Shown: positions 53,525 through 63,742, counted from the stretch's first letter. The stretch: DNA of 64,000 bases from Paraspadella gotoi (GCA_051294375.1 CM119270.1:20606417-20670416), one strand, 5' to 3'. A program made the numbers and translations. The notes: generated by a model not told the origin, from the letters alone.

Positions 53525-54091
53525 GTCTGCTTCCCTGATGATTTCTTCAATCCACGGACAGGTGTTCACAAGTTGGCCTGGAATGGGACAGTCTATGTTT
53601 TAAATGACACAAAAAAATTTCACATGTCCAAAAAATTGTGTTACTGTAAATCAGCGCAAACAGACGACACATTGTCCTTTGTTAGTTTTCGTTGTGGCTG
53701 GGCCATCAATAATTACTTTGAATTGGCCTCCATCGCTCTATCCACGGTGAGCATAGCCAAGGCTTCTTCAGAGATGGGCCAACTGTCTGGCATCAGCAAC
53801 AGCATCAGCCATTTTTTGACAATGCTTGACTGCATAGTGGGTGTAATCATTGGCCTTGTCTCCATCTACAGAGCAACAGTCCATTTCTGTCATTGGTTTA
53901 TTTTTCTTTCTTCTTTAATGATTTTTCGCGCTTTTACGCCGGTGGAGTTATTGGCTATTCTCACCAGGATTTGGCGAGACACAGATGAAGCGACAATCGT
54001 TAACACTAACAGATGCCTGGGATGTATATTATTAACAAAATTAGATTATTTTTTGAAAGTTGACTATATTAAAATTGTTAATATTTGTTGA
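53525..54091 (+). CDS. XK-related (Xkr family) exon; 3' end uncertain (possible donor ~54024 or stop 54091)
   Basis: ctaac branch motif, pyrimidine tract and gcag| (phase 0): VCFPDDFFNPRTG...FELASIALSTVSIAKASSEM...FCHWFIFLSSLMIFRAFTPVELLAIL. The S-x3-S-x2-SIA helix and W..F....R pattern resemble Xkr TM4-TM6. Confidence 0.75.
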   Translation, partial: VCFPDDFFNPRTGVHKLAWNGTVYVLNDTKKFHMSKKLCYCKSAQTDDTLSFVSFRCGWAINNYFELASIALSTVSIAKASSEMGQLSGISNSISHFLTMLDCIVGVIIGLVSIYRATVHFCHWFIFLSSLMIFRAFTPVELLAILTRIWRDTDEATIVNTNRCLGCILLTKLDYFLKVDYIKIVNIC

Positions 54092-54161
54092 ATTTGATGC
54101 TTTTTACCTTAGTCATCAATAAAACGAGTAAAACCATTCACTGATGCAAACAAGGTACGAG

Positions 54162-54824
54162 GTGATGCCCGGGGTGTGAGGCTTCTCCCGACAGCTGGCG
54201 CTCAGAGCTTTGGACCTGCAGTGACCACCCCATGTCACTGGCGTGTTTACGCTGACACCATCAAACTTAGCCATTGTGACCATGAGAAGATTGAACCCGG
54301 AACTCAAAGCTGTCCAAGCCAATGGGACAAGCTGAGTTTCACCAAGCTATACGGGAGGCGAATTTGGAATTCGCCACACATGCCTCCCCAAGACAGTACA
54401 CTGGGGTGACCAAAACCAGAGTAACTGTCTTGAGAGAAGACAGACTCATTGCCATAGAGAGCAAGCGAGTGAGCGAGAAGTATGGCATAAACATGGGATG
54501 CATACCTTTAAGCGACGACGTGAGCGACAGTGCGCAGCAGTTGCAAGTTCTATAGTAAGGCTCAGCACTTATGGCAATGGGGAGACATGTGTGATGCTCA
54601 GAGTGTGTGACATCTCCCAACAGCTGTTTCTTAGGGCTTTGAACCTGCAGTGACCACTACATGTCACTGGCATGTTTATGCCGACACCACAGTTAACCAG
54701 CGTGAATATGAGGGGATTGAACCCGGAACTCATGGTTGGTGAATGAGTACTTAGCTGTCCAAGCCAATGGGACGAGCTGAGTTTCACCAAGCTATACGGG
54801 AGGTGAATTTGGGATTTGCCACAG
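54162..54824 (-). mobile_element. Two diverged tandem copies (54162-54378, 54590-54824) of a repeat containing a tRNA-like SINE head
   Basis: Copy 2 minus strand reads gtcccatTGGCTTGGACAGCtaagtaCTCATtcaccaaccATGAGttccgGGTTCAATCCC (A-box-like, anticodon-type stem, B box). Copy 1 lacks the stem segment. Confidence 0.5.
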
Positions 54825-55584
54825 TACTGAGTATAACTTCAATCAGTTGCCTTTTCTATAGAAAGCCTGATGACTGACTTTAGCTGCTTTGGTGCAGGAA
54901 AAAAAAGAATCTTTTAGCAAAACCACTGATAACCTCTTATGCCAGAGAGGCTGGGCATTTTCCCGGTTGGCATAAAAAATTTTAAACCCTAAGAGGTCAC
55001 GCCATACCACTGGCACGATTATACTTGCACCATCTACCTTCTCTAACAAAGCCGGAGGTTGTCAATTTTGAACCCGCAATTTAAGGTTGGGATAGTGTGG
55101 AAGCTTGTTAAAATATTGCAATTTGGTGGTATATAGGCCATGTTGAAGTGGCTTTATGTCTCCACCAGATCACGACTATCAAGAAGCAAAATACATCAGT
55201 TTTTTTGGTCATACACTTACATTTTAAAATTTGTTTGTGAATCTAATGTATGCTTTTATTCAGATAACATTACGCACTCCATAAGTACATAACAAGAAAT
55301 AAAAATAAAATAATATTCTATGAAAATTTGCAAAATTACTTGTTACACTACCTTATATTCTTATATATTATGAATATTTTACTATTTGCTCTAAAATACT
55401 TAATTATATAAATATTACTTATTTTTTTGTATGATTGTATTTTTTCCTTCCTTATTCATCCTTTACCTTCAAGTTTTGACAATATTTTTCACTATTTTTC
55501 ACTGTTTATACATTGTATAATGTATTAGATAAAAAATATCATCTGTCACATTTCACTTCTTTTCACAATCTTACTCATTCTACT

Positions 55585-55653
55585 CTCAACTGAACATGTC
55601 TTCAACTCTAACCACTGTCCTTTCCCTCAAATGTTTGTTGGCTACTTTAAACT

Positions 55654-55687
<34 letters not shown>

Positions 55688-55800
55688 ATTTCCTAAAAAA
55701 ATGTTCAAAATCTTAATTGTCAAAAACGCGCTGATGAAGGTCCGAATGTAGGACCAAAACATGTCCAAAAATTGTCAAATTCGTTGTAAAAATACAAATT
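55585..55800 (+). mobile_element. Hammerhead-containing short repeat (retrozyme/Penelope pLTR-like), copy 1
   Basis: Head accactgtcctttccctcaa..gttgg..acttt, then (TC)n, then the hammerhead core at 55731, then the aaattcgttgt 3' motif. Same order as 60171-60450. Confidence 0.68.
55727..55770 (+). ncRNA. Minimal type I hammerhead ribozyme motif, degenerate
   Basis: CTGATGA-a-GGTCC-gaatgta-GGACC-aAAAC-at-GTC: perfect 5-bp stem II and palindromic ACATGT stem III. The G of GAAA is A and stem I is eroded. Confidence 0.7.
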
Positions 55801-56684
55801 AAAAACTCTACTACTTTGTAATCAAATACTTCGTTTTTAAAAAAAAATGTTTGCTTAATATATCTAATAACTCATTTGGGAGGGGGAGGTCAGTGTTGTC
55901 TTCTGGAAATAGAGGGAGCATCTATACAACACAAGGTTAGACTACAATCTGTCCTAGTTTACTCATATATATCACACACCATTCCTGTTAGAAAGTCATT
56001 AATGAAAAATCATAATATCTAAGAGGCTGAACAGAAAGGGATGTGAATGGATAATTTTTTGAGGGGCGACCAAAGTTATATATGATTTGTTTAACAATAG
56101 GTATAAGACTTTCATGTAGAATCGTATGTTCTGATAGGGATACATACTGTGAAAAGGTCTATAGGGGCATCTTTATGTCATGAAAATAATTTTAAACTAC
56201 TTGAATCAAAATTATATTATTTCTTCTTTATCCAAAATTTTAATTATATCTCTTTTATTCTTTTTTTAATTCATTTTTTATGGTATAATCCTTTCTTTCG
56301 TTGTTGTAAGAGATTAGCAAAGTTTTTGAATTTTTTACGATTTTTATTCTTATTTTTTCTTTTTTTTTTCTTTTATTCATTTTTTATTATTTATGTTTAT
56401 ACAATGGGAAGGTCATCAGTTGGGAACCTATACCCCTCATGGATTTTGGCTCTTTAATCCCAATATCCAAGTATAGGAGAGCCATCACAAAATGGTGATC
56501 CTTCATTGTTGCTTATCCTATTTTTAAAAAAAAAAGATACATTTTTATGTTTATGTTAAACAGATCACAGCATTATTAATATTAGGAAAATTTATTGATG
56601 TTTTGTATATAATTTGTAATTTTTAATTGGTAATTTTGTGTAATATGTAATATACCATCCTGAGCGACAAAAAAACAAAAAAAG

Positions 56685-58205
56685 ATGCAAAAAATAATCT
56701 GCTCTCTGCTCAATCTTGCTCTATTCTCTTTTTTCTTTGCTTGCGAGTTGCAAAGCGACAAATCCCAATATTATCCATTGCGATGGGGAATCGGAAAATT
56801 GGAACGTCAGGCATTCCCGCGCCTCATTTTCAAGGTAGACCATGTGCGACTGTTAAAATTTACAAGTTTTTTGTGCTACTCGACTTTGGGCATCGCTCGT
56901 CAAGAAACCTGGAGTCATTTGAAGTTCTTTGATTATGAATTCAAATTCGATCCAAACTGTCATCAAAATTATACGCGAGAAGACAAGGGCATGAACACCA
57001 TGATCCCTCCCTTTGTCACTTTTACTTTGGGCAATCATTTCTTTCTGTATCCCGACTTTAGATTCGTTTTGATTATGTTATTAGGCGAGCTCGTTTTGAG
57101 CTTCGCCAACCAAACCGTTTTTCTTCTAGCAAACGGAATTTCAAAATTGTTCTTGTTAAATTTGCTCTCTTTAATGTGTTTTTGGATTGTTTTGTACATG
57201 AATTTGTATCACTCTATTCATAATATTAATTTAGAAGCCGTAATAATGAAACAAAATGGATTGGATTTGAAAAATGTTTTTGTGTATCAAAAACAGAGGG
57301 AATTTGATGAGATAAAAATTGACCATTTTATTTTATATAAGCATCGCGCCAATGCACAGTTAAATGTTTACAAGTTTGGATGTTTTCTTTCTAATTTTTA
57401 TTTCATTTTCTTAATGATAGTTATCTGTAGTTTAATGAAAAAATCCCTCTTTTGGTTTTCAAACAAGCATAAACTGCTGTGTAATTTAATGATCGGAATA
57501 GCAAATTTTCTCCTACCATTTCTATTTTTTGTTGGGCTAAAAAAATGGCTTCAATTCTGCGAAAAATCTTCGCTCGAATATTTTGGTAAACTTTGCAAAT
57601 CCTTAGAAGTTTCAAATCAAATTGCAATTTTATATTCATACGTAAATTCTATACAAAGTAACGTATTGGCTTACATATTTATCAAAGAAAATTTGTATTT
57701 TTTGTTCGGCCTTTCTTCTGCGCCATTTTACCTTCAATCCGTTATATTGTTCACAAAACTCCGTTTTTGTGACAACAAATGGTTTAAAACCGTAGTCTCT
57801 CTATTTTTCGGCGGGACTCTGTATACTTTGGCCGGTTTTTTCGTCGTCCCTGAAAGAAGCCCATTTTCCAAACTCGACTGGTATAACTCATTTTATTATG
57901 TGGTTTCTTTCGACGATCGATTCTACAGAACTTGCGATCCGACGCAAACCTGCGCCGTCACGTCGCAGATCGCGGCTCCGCTGCTTCGAACGGCGCGACT
58001 CTGCGCCGACGTGCGGACCAATGTACGGATTCGGCCGCGGGTTTTTAGGATGTTCCGCACTACGGATCCGCGGAGGATGAATCTGACGCGGACCTTCGGA
58101 GATCTCATTTTTTACCTCGAGGAAAAAATGTTGGAAAATAATAATGTGTGGGTTTTTCTGTTTTTATTAGGGCCGATGTTGATTTTGTTGCGCGAGATCG
58201 ATTAG
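56685..58205 (+). CDS. 506-aa uninterrupted ORF, multi-pass membrane protein; possibly the large terminal exon of the XK-related gene
   Basis: 1521 bp without a stop in AT-rich, non-repetitive DNA, with roughly 7-9 hydrophobic stretches. FRFVLIMLLGELVL and LMCFWIVLYMNLYHS loosely resemble Xkr C-terminal helices (E-N and Y-Y-x3-H-P patterns). True start or acceptor not established. Confidence 0.7.
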   Translation: MQKIICSLLNLALFSFFFACELQSDKSQYYPLRWGIGKLERQAFPRLIFKVDHVRLLKFTSFLCYSTLGIARQETWSHLKFFDYEFKFDPNCHQNYTREDKGMNTMIPPFVTFTLGNHFFLYPDFRFVLIMLLGELVLSFANQTVFLLANGISKLFLLNLLSLMCFWIVLYMNLYHSIHNINLEAVIMKQNGLDLKNVFVYQKQREFDEIKIDHFILYKHRANAQLNVYKFGCFLSNFYFIFLMIVICSLMKKSLFWFSNKHKLLCNLMIGIANFLLPFLFFVGLKKWLQFCEKSSLEYFGKLCKSLEVSNQIAILYSYVNSIQSNVLAYIFIKENLYFLFGLSSAPFYLQSVILFTKLRFCDNKWFKTVVSLFFGGTLYTLAGFFVVPERSPFSKLDWYNSFYYVVSFDDRFYRTCDPTQTCAVTSQIAAPLLRTARLCADVRTNVRIRPRVFRMFRTTDPRRMNLTRTFGDLIFYLEEKMLENNNVWVFLFLLGPMLILLREID

Positions 58206-59199
58206 AAAGTTTGAGCGCATTGTCCGTCTGGCTCAGGCGCAGTTTTATTTTTTTTTAGCAGATTTGTAAAATTTTTAATTTAACTGTACCCTAGAATATT
58301 TTAAATACTGAAGTAGTTTTTTTTTTTACTTTTGCTGTTTAGTATTTCATGTCTCCTCGAACATCACCTTTACTATTACCTTGTTGTGGTGTTATTTATT
58401 ATTATTTAGAGTCACTTTATCAATTTAATTTAATGTTGTCATCATTGGGTCATTTTAATAATAATGATAATAATAATAATAATAATAATAATAATATTAA
58501 TAATAATAATAAAGGAAAAACTCATGGATGTTCGGCGGGATCAGGAATCAGGAAGAGATTTTATTCTGAGAATAAAGGTGACGGTGAGACACACGCAGGA
58601 GTCTTGTTCAATGCTACTAAGGAAGAGGATCGGCGACGTGGGTAAAATTTACAGTTCCGATGATCCTGCAAGCTGATTGGTCGATTGGTGTTCCATGCTT
58701 GACCAATTAGGATTCGGCGATTCCATTTCCGAGGAGATCGCCCTTTACTTTCTATGGAAATTTGCTTTTCTCTCTGCACCCACTAGATTTTCACAAAAAA
58801 TAGCAATTTTTTATATGTTTTATGTCTTAATAAACCAGATGACTGTACAAACTGAAGAGCATTTTTAAAAACAAAATAGCAATAGGATTTAGTTTAAGTA
58901 TATCCACCAAAGTTTTTTATCTTTTTTTTAAACAAAATAACAGTCTCATTAAATTGTTTTTGTGTTTTTACCCTATTCTACTAAAGGGCTCTACAAAGAA
59001 AAAAGCTTTTTATAAGATAAAGGGAAATTCAAAATAAACTTTATCTGCACCCACTAGATCTTCACTTGTACCTGCTCTTCAACAAAATATAAATTTTTTA
59101 AAATTTTTTTTATTATTTTAAATCCGTAATTTTTTTTCTTTTGATATTTTTTAAACATCGTGAATTTCCTTTCGTTTCGTTGTGTTTTGGATTAATAGA

Positions 59200-59224
59200 A
59201 GACGTTTGAAATTGTTTTAAACAA

Positions 59225-59291
<67 letters not shown>

Positions 59292-59378
59292 GAGAGAGGG
59301 CAAAGTTTCCAACACAGATATGAGAAAAGAACAGTGGTCAGATATGAGGACAGTTTATGGTGAAGACAGGTTGAGCTA
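59200..59378 (-). mobile_element. Hammerhead-repeat family copy lacking the ribozyme segment
   Basis: 59291-59378 is a close reverse complement of 60171-60258, followed on - by (TC)n and directly by tcgttgtttaaaacaattt (cf. 60430-60448). Confidence 0.72.
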
Positions 59379-59699
59379 TATTGTGAAAAGAAATTAAATG
59401 GTAAAAAATATATATATATTTAGAAAGAGAGAGAGAAAGAGAGAAAAATATTAGATAACAATACATTGTGCAATGTACAACAAAGATAAATTATTTAAAC
59501 TGACAGTGAAAATAAATATTTTAACAATTAATTACTAAATAAATAAGTGAATGTGAAAAATGAAATTGAAAAAGTGAAATTTGAGAGATATGTCAATTAA
59601 ATATTAATATGAAAAAGAAAAGAAAAAGCGAAAGTTCAAGAATTAAGAAAGAGCTCAAAATGAGCTAGCCCCCTTGAAGCAAATAAAAGGCCTTGACGA

Positions 59700-60172
59700 T
59701 GTGGTCGAGTCATTGTTGCATCAATGTCTGAGAGGTCATAGTGGTTGAGCCTGTATGTGTTGGACTAGGGAGGCTTCGTTGCAGGAAGACTGCAAAAGCT
59801 ACCCTTATGTCTCTCTGGCTTGGTACGCCTGTCGACTGCCCTCTTCTCGCCTGCTGACGAGAGTGAGTTGCTGCAGTTGAAAGAGAGGCATCGTTTCCCC
59901 ATTGGCTGCGCAAAGGTCTCCGCCTGTTTCGTTGAGTGGATACAGGGAGTCATTGTGCGGACGTGGTGGAGACGGGGCCTCCACCACGCTTTTGATAAGC
60001 GTATCATAGCTTATAGGGAGATTGAATCGTCCTCCATCACGTTTCAAAGAGGGCTCAAGGGCTTTGATGTATATTGCCTCTCTAATACCTCTTGAGAACC
60101 AGTTCGGGTCATGGGACAGCACGAGACAGTCTGACTGTCTAAATAGGTGGCCAGTATTTTCTGTATGTTCTA
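59700..60172 (-). mobile_element. Penelope-like element fragment: C-terminus of the GIY-YIG endonuclease
   Basis: LEHTENTGHLFRQSDCLVLSHDPNWFSRGIREAIYIKALEPSLKRDGGRFNLPISYDTLI matches the PLE pattern H..TGH....W..R.I.EAIYI....PSLNRDGG. Confidence 0.9.
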
Positions 60173-60248
60173 GCTCAATCTGTCTTCACCTTAACCTGTC
60201 CTCACATCTGACCACTGTTCTTTTCTCAACTCTGTGTTGGAAACTTTG

Positions 60249-60312
<64 letters not shown>

Positions 60313-60450
60313 TTCTCTCTCACTCTTTTCCTTTGCACAAATGTTTTTCAAAAAATTCACAAAAAATTTTGACGCTGACGAAGGCTTGTATGTCATAAGA
60401 CAAAACATGTACGTCTTGCTACAATAAAATCGTTGTTGAAAACAATTTAA
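60171..60450 (+). mobile_element. Hammerhead-containing short repeat (retrozyme/Penelope pLTR-like), most complete copy
   Basis: ~85-bp head, (TC)n at 60251-60309, AT-rich spacer, hammerhead at 60371-60415, AATAAA at 60423-60428, tcgttgttgaaaacaattt end. Confidence 0.72.
60371..60415 (+). ncRNA. Minimal type I hammerhead ribozyme motif, degenerate
   Basis: GACG-CTGACGA-a-GGCTT-gtatgtcat-AAGaC-aAAAC-at-GTA-CGTC: stem I GACG/CGTC, stem II with one mismatch, ACATGT palindrome, GTA cleavage triplet. The G of GAAA is A. Confidence 0.7.
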
Positions 60451-60635
60451 AATATTTTTTAACAAGTATTTTTTCTTATTCTATTTTATTTTATTTTAAT
60501 TAATATGTATTGATCAAAGTATTAATCATAAATCATATATTGAAACAAAAAAAATATTGTTTTGATTTATAAAATATTTTTTTATAAGTAGCAAAATATT
60601 AAGTAGGACATAAACTCTCGTCGCAGTTTTTAGTG

Positions 60636-60790
60636 CCGCAGTAACAGTTCAGTTTAAGCCCTTGAAAGTGATTTACATGTATTGGCGCAGCCACTGGTTT
60701 ATCATCTGATTAGATAATTATCACTAAATTATCGCGGGCAGATTCGAAATGGTTTGTAATATCTTAATGTTCACAAACAAGTTTTAACAA
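60636..60790 (+). mobile_element. HINE family 2 3' fragment
   Basis: cagtaacagttca..atttacatgtattggcgcagcca..ggcagattcga is the reverse complement of 47935-48112. Confidence 0.58.
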
Positions 60791-61082
60791 TAATAATAAA
60801 AAAGTACTGTGTTTAAGTATTCGTATTATTTAAAGTAAAAATACGTAGTCAACGTAGTTTTTCACATCGAATGACCAACGCATCACCTAGGAACCAAACG
60901 AAAATGCCACACTATGTATTTATTTAATTATTAAATTCCGTTAATACTTAATTTTTTTGAACATTAGAAGATAATTCAACTTTCTCAAACAATAGGCCCC
61001 ACGTCTTTCTCAAATGAGAGGCCAAACAACTCGCTAAAATTCACTTACCTTTTAACTTTTTTTTGTCTCCTTAGTTTTCCTT

Positions 61083-61183
<101 letters not shown>

Positions 61184-61605
61184 CATCCAAAGAGAAACGC
61201 GGGCAGTTCATAATCATCTATCTTTCTGCCGACAGTCCCGGGCGCTCTACACTTGGTTGGAAGGGAGAAAAGAGAGTGGAGGGGGAGAGAGAGGGAAAGA
61301 GAGAAGGAGAGAGGGAGGGAGAGAGAAAGGAAAAAGGAGAAAGCAGTGGGAGAGGGAGACAGAGGAACAGAGGGTAAAAGAAAAAGGAAAGAGAAATAAA
61401 GAAATGCTGAGTGAAGGCAGAGGGAAAAAAATAAAGAGAATAAAGAATATGGGGAGATGGTGAGGGAAGTTAAAAGCGGAAAAGTAAGAGAGAGAGACAG
61501 GGAGAGAGAGAAGGAAGAAAGGGAGAGGAGAGGGAGAGAAAAGAGGAAAAGAGAAGAAAAGAAAAAATAGATTAGAGGAGAAAAGAAAAGATAAGGGAAT
61601 AGGGG

Positions 61606-61653
<48 letters not shown>

Positions 61654-61768
61654 AACATGTGATCTCATTTTTCATATTTTAACAAAATCAAGATTAATGC
61701 ACCATTTCTTTGGGAGAAATATAAAAAAAAATTTACTTTTAATCTAGAAAAAAATAATATATAATATA

Positions 61769-62315
61769 CTATCTAGGAAAAAAGTATATAACATAATTCA
61801 TTTATTCAATAAAAAGGATACAAAACAAGGGTAAAACATTCTCAATATTTGGTATACCCTTCCTCGGCATCGACTACTGCCTGCATTTCTCTGGGCATGC
61901 TCTCATACAGCAAATTGATTTATGACAGTGAAATGTTTTTCCACATCTTTAATGGAATTCTTTTCAGACCCGATGTTGGTGATGCATGTCTTTCTCACTT
62001 TTCTAAAAGGTATAATAGCACTTTTTTGAACCAAAAAAAGATGCAAGGCCTTTAGCATTTCAAAATAATAAACTGCATTAAAAATAAATATTAAAAATTA
62101 AGGAAAACTAAATATGATTTTTTTCGCTATTTTTTATTTGAAGTAACAATATTTTTTGGCCTGTAACTTCTAAACGATTTGACCTACAAAAAAATGGAAG
62201 GAAGCTACTGAAAAAAAATTCAATGTAGATCCGAAAACATTCTGATTTTTTAAATCAAATAATTTTCGAATAGATATCCTTTATTAAAAATGCTATATAC
62301 TTTTTTCCTAGATAG
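61769..62315 (-). mobile_element. Internally deleted Tc1/mariner DNA transposon, 547 bp
   Basis: 25-bp TIRs ctatctaggaaaaaagtatataaca / tgctatatacttttttcctagatag with TA on both sides. The minus strand encodes the Tc1 transposase C-terminus WKNISLS*INLLYESMPREMQAVVDAEEGYTKY* (~61843-61944). Confidence 0.93.
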
Positions 62316-62344
62316 TACATCCAAAGGTGTGAACGGCCTGAAGA

Positions 62345-62421
62345 AAGTGAATGACTCACAGAAGTGAATGACTCACAGAATTGAATGACTCACAGAAGCG
62401 AATGACATCGAAGTGAATGAC
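62345..62421. repeat. 17-bp tandem repeat aagtgaatgactcacag (3 full and 2 degenerate units)
   Basis: Directly visible. Each full unit contains TGACTCA. Confidence 0.9.
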
Positions 62422-62698
62422 CCGATCGAAAGAATGCCTTCATCTTTGTCTTCATCTTTGTCGTCTTCGTCGCTTTTATTGTCGGCTTCATTGTCATTAT
62501 TATTGTCGTCATTATCTTCTTCCTAAACGTTATAATTTTTTTGTTAATTTTCGTCTTCATTGTTGTCATTGTCATTATAGTCATTAAGGTGTAGTGAAAG
62601 TTACGTATGGAAATTCTAAAGGTCACTTAATGAACAACATACCATCAGTGAACATTAATTTGGTAAAAAAAATTAAATTTTAATGTTTTGAAGAGACA

Positions 62699-62898
62699 GT
62701 TAATTATTGTTAATCAGTTTTAGTGATAGACCGTTCAATATAAGCAGTCCCCTGAAGCTTCGTGATCAGGCTGTAAACCAATGTTACAGGCGGCGTTTAG
62801 CGCCCCGGTCCACTCTTAACTGCCAGACGACCACGCGGCTAAGAACCCCAAGACCTTTGGGTTGGGAGGCGAATGACTTGCCTCCGGCACAATGGCCG
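62699..62898 (-). mobile_element. tRNA-derived SINE, ~200 bp, copy 1
   Basis: Homologous to 63138-63335; B-box-like ggttcttagcc; AAT-type tail. Confidence 0.6.
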
Positions 62899-63137
62899 CT
62901 GATGAATGGTTGGTGGTTTTAGTTCCACCATACATCCACCCCTACCCGTTAGGAAGATGTCTGTTGCCATCTCTTTCAGTGAATTGTTGTTGTTGGTGGA
63001 AAGTGCGTCAACCAAGTTGAGGGCAGTCGCACTGATGTGTTGTGGCGGAAGTCATTCGCCAGGATTGAGCATGTCGCTGAAAGTTGTTGTTGTTGCCGTT
63101 GTGTTCGGAAATTCGGGGCTCACCAAATGAAGAGACA

Positions 63138-63335
63138 AGTAATTATTGTTATCAGGTTAGTTGATAGAACTCGTTCAATATAAGCAGTCCCTGAGCTTCG
63201 GATCAGGCTGTAAACACATGTTTACAGGCGGGTTAAGCGCCCCGTCCCTCTTAATGCCAGGACGACCGACCGGGCTAGAACCCCAGACCTTTGGGGTTGG
63301 GAGGCGAATGACTTGGCCTCCGCGCCATCCTTAGT
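63138..63335 (-). mobile_element. tRNA-derived SINE, ~200 bp, copy 2
   Basis: Minus strand gaTGGCGCGGAGGccaagtcattcgcctcccaaccccaaaggtctggGGTTCTAGCCC gives A and B boxes at tRNA spacing. Tail aacaataatta. Confidence 0.65.
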
Positions 63336-63350
63336 CCACCATAGTTTTTT

Positions 63351-63742
63351 AATTTTCGCAGTAGGCTATATTTTATATATAGTACTATCCTTAATAAAAT
63401 CGAAAAATTTAAATAGGCTTTTCTTAATTTTTATTGCAGATTTGAATTCCTCGTCAAAAGTTGATAAAAGAAAATTAAATTATTTTTAAAAATTCTTTCA
63501 TTAAGTGGGTTAAACTTAAAAAACTATATTTAATATATAAAAAAATAATTTTCAGCTTAAAATATAGCTTTTTTAAATTTTGACCCACTTAATGAAAGAA
63601 TTTTTTAAAAAGAGTTATATTTCTTTCTATCAACTTTTTATGACGAATCCAAATCTGCAAAAAAAAATCTTAGAAAAACTGTTTTGAAATTTTAACATTT
63701 ATTGCATTAGTACTAGTATAAATATGGCCTACTGCGTAAATT
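63351..63742. mobile_element. Foldback MITE: ~390-bp near-complete palindrome
   Basis: Paired arms cgcagtaggc/gcctactgcg, ttgcagatttg/caaatctgcaa, aaaagttgata/tatcaactttt, ttctttcattaagtgggt/acccacttaatgaaagaa around a ~30-bp centre. Confidence 0.88.

Noticed and set aside
54176-54555. ORFs 54176-54409 and 54322-54555 as further exons
   Set aside because: They overlap a duplicated repeat with a tRNA-like head on the other strand, and the second copy has stops in the same frame.
58150-58230. 506-aa ORF end as a 2A-like peptide leading into a LINE
   Set aside because: No D(V/I)ExNPGP motif and no endonuclease or RT downstream.
59854-59885. CTGACGA...GAAA as another hammerhead (similar hits at ~33177 - and ~43827 -)
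   Set aside because: No pairable stem II or stem III/cleavage triplet.
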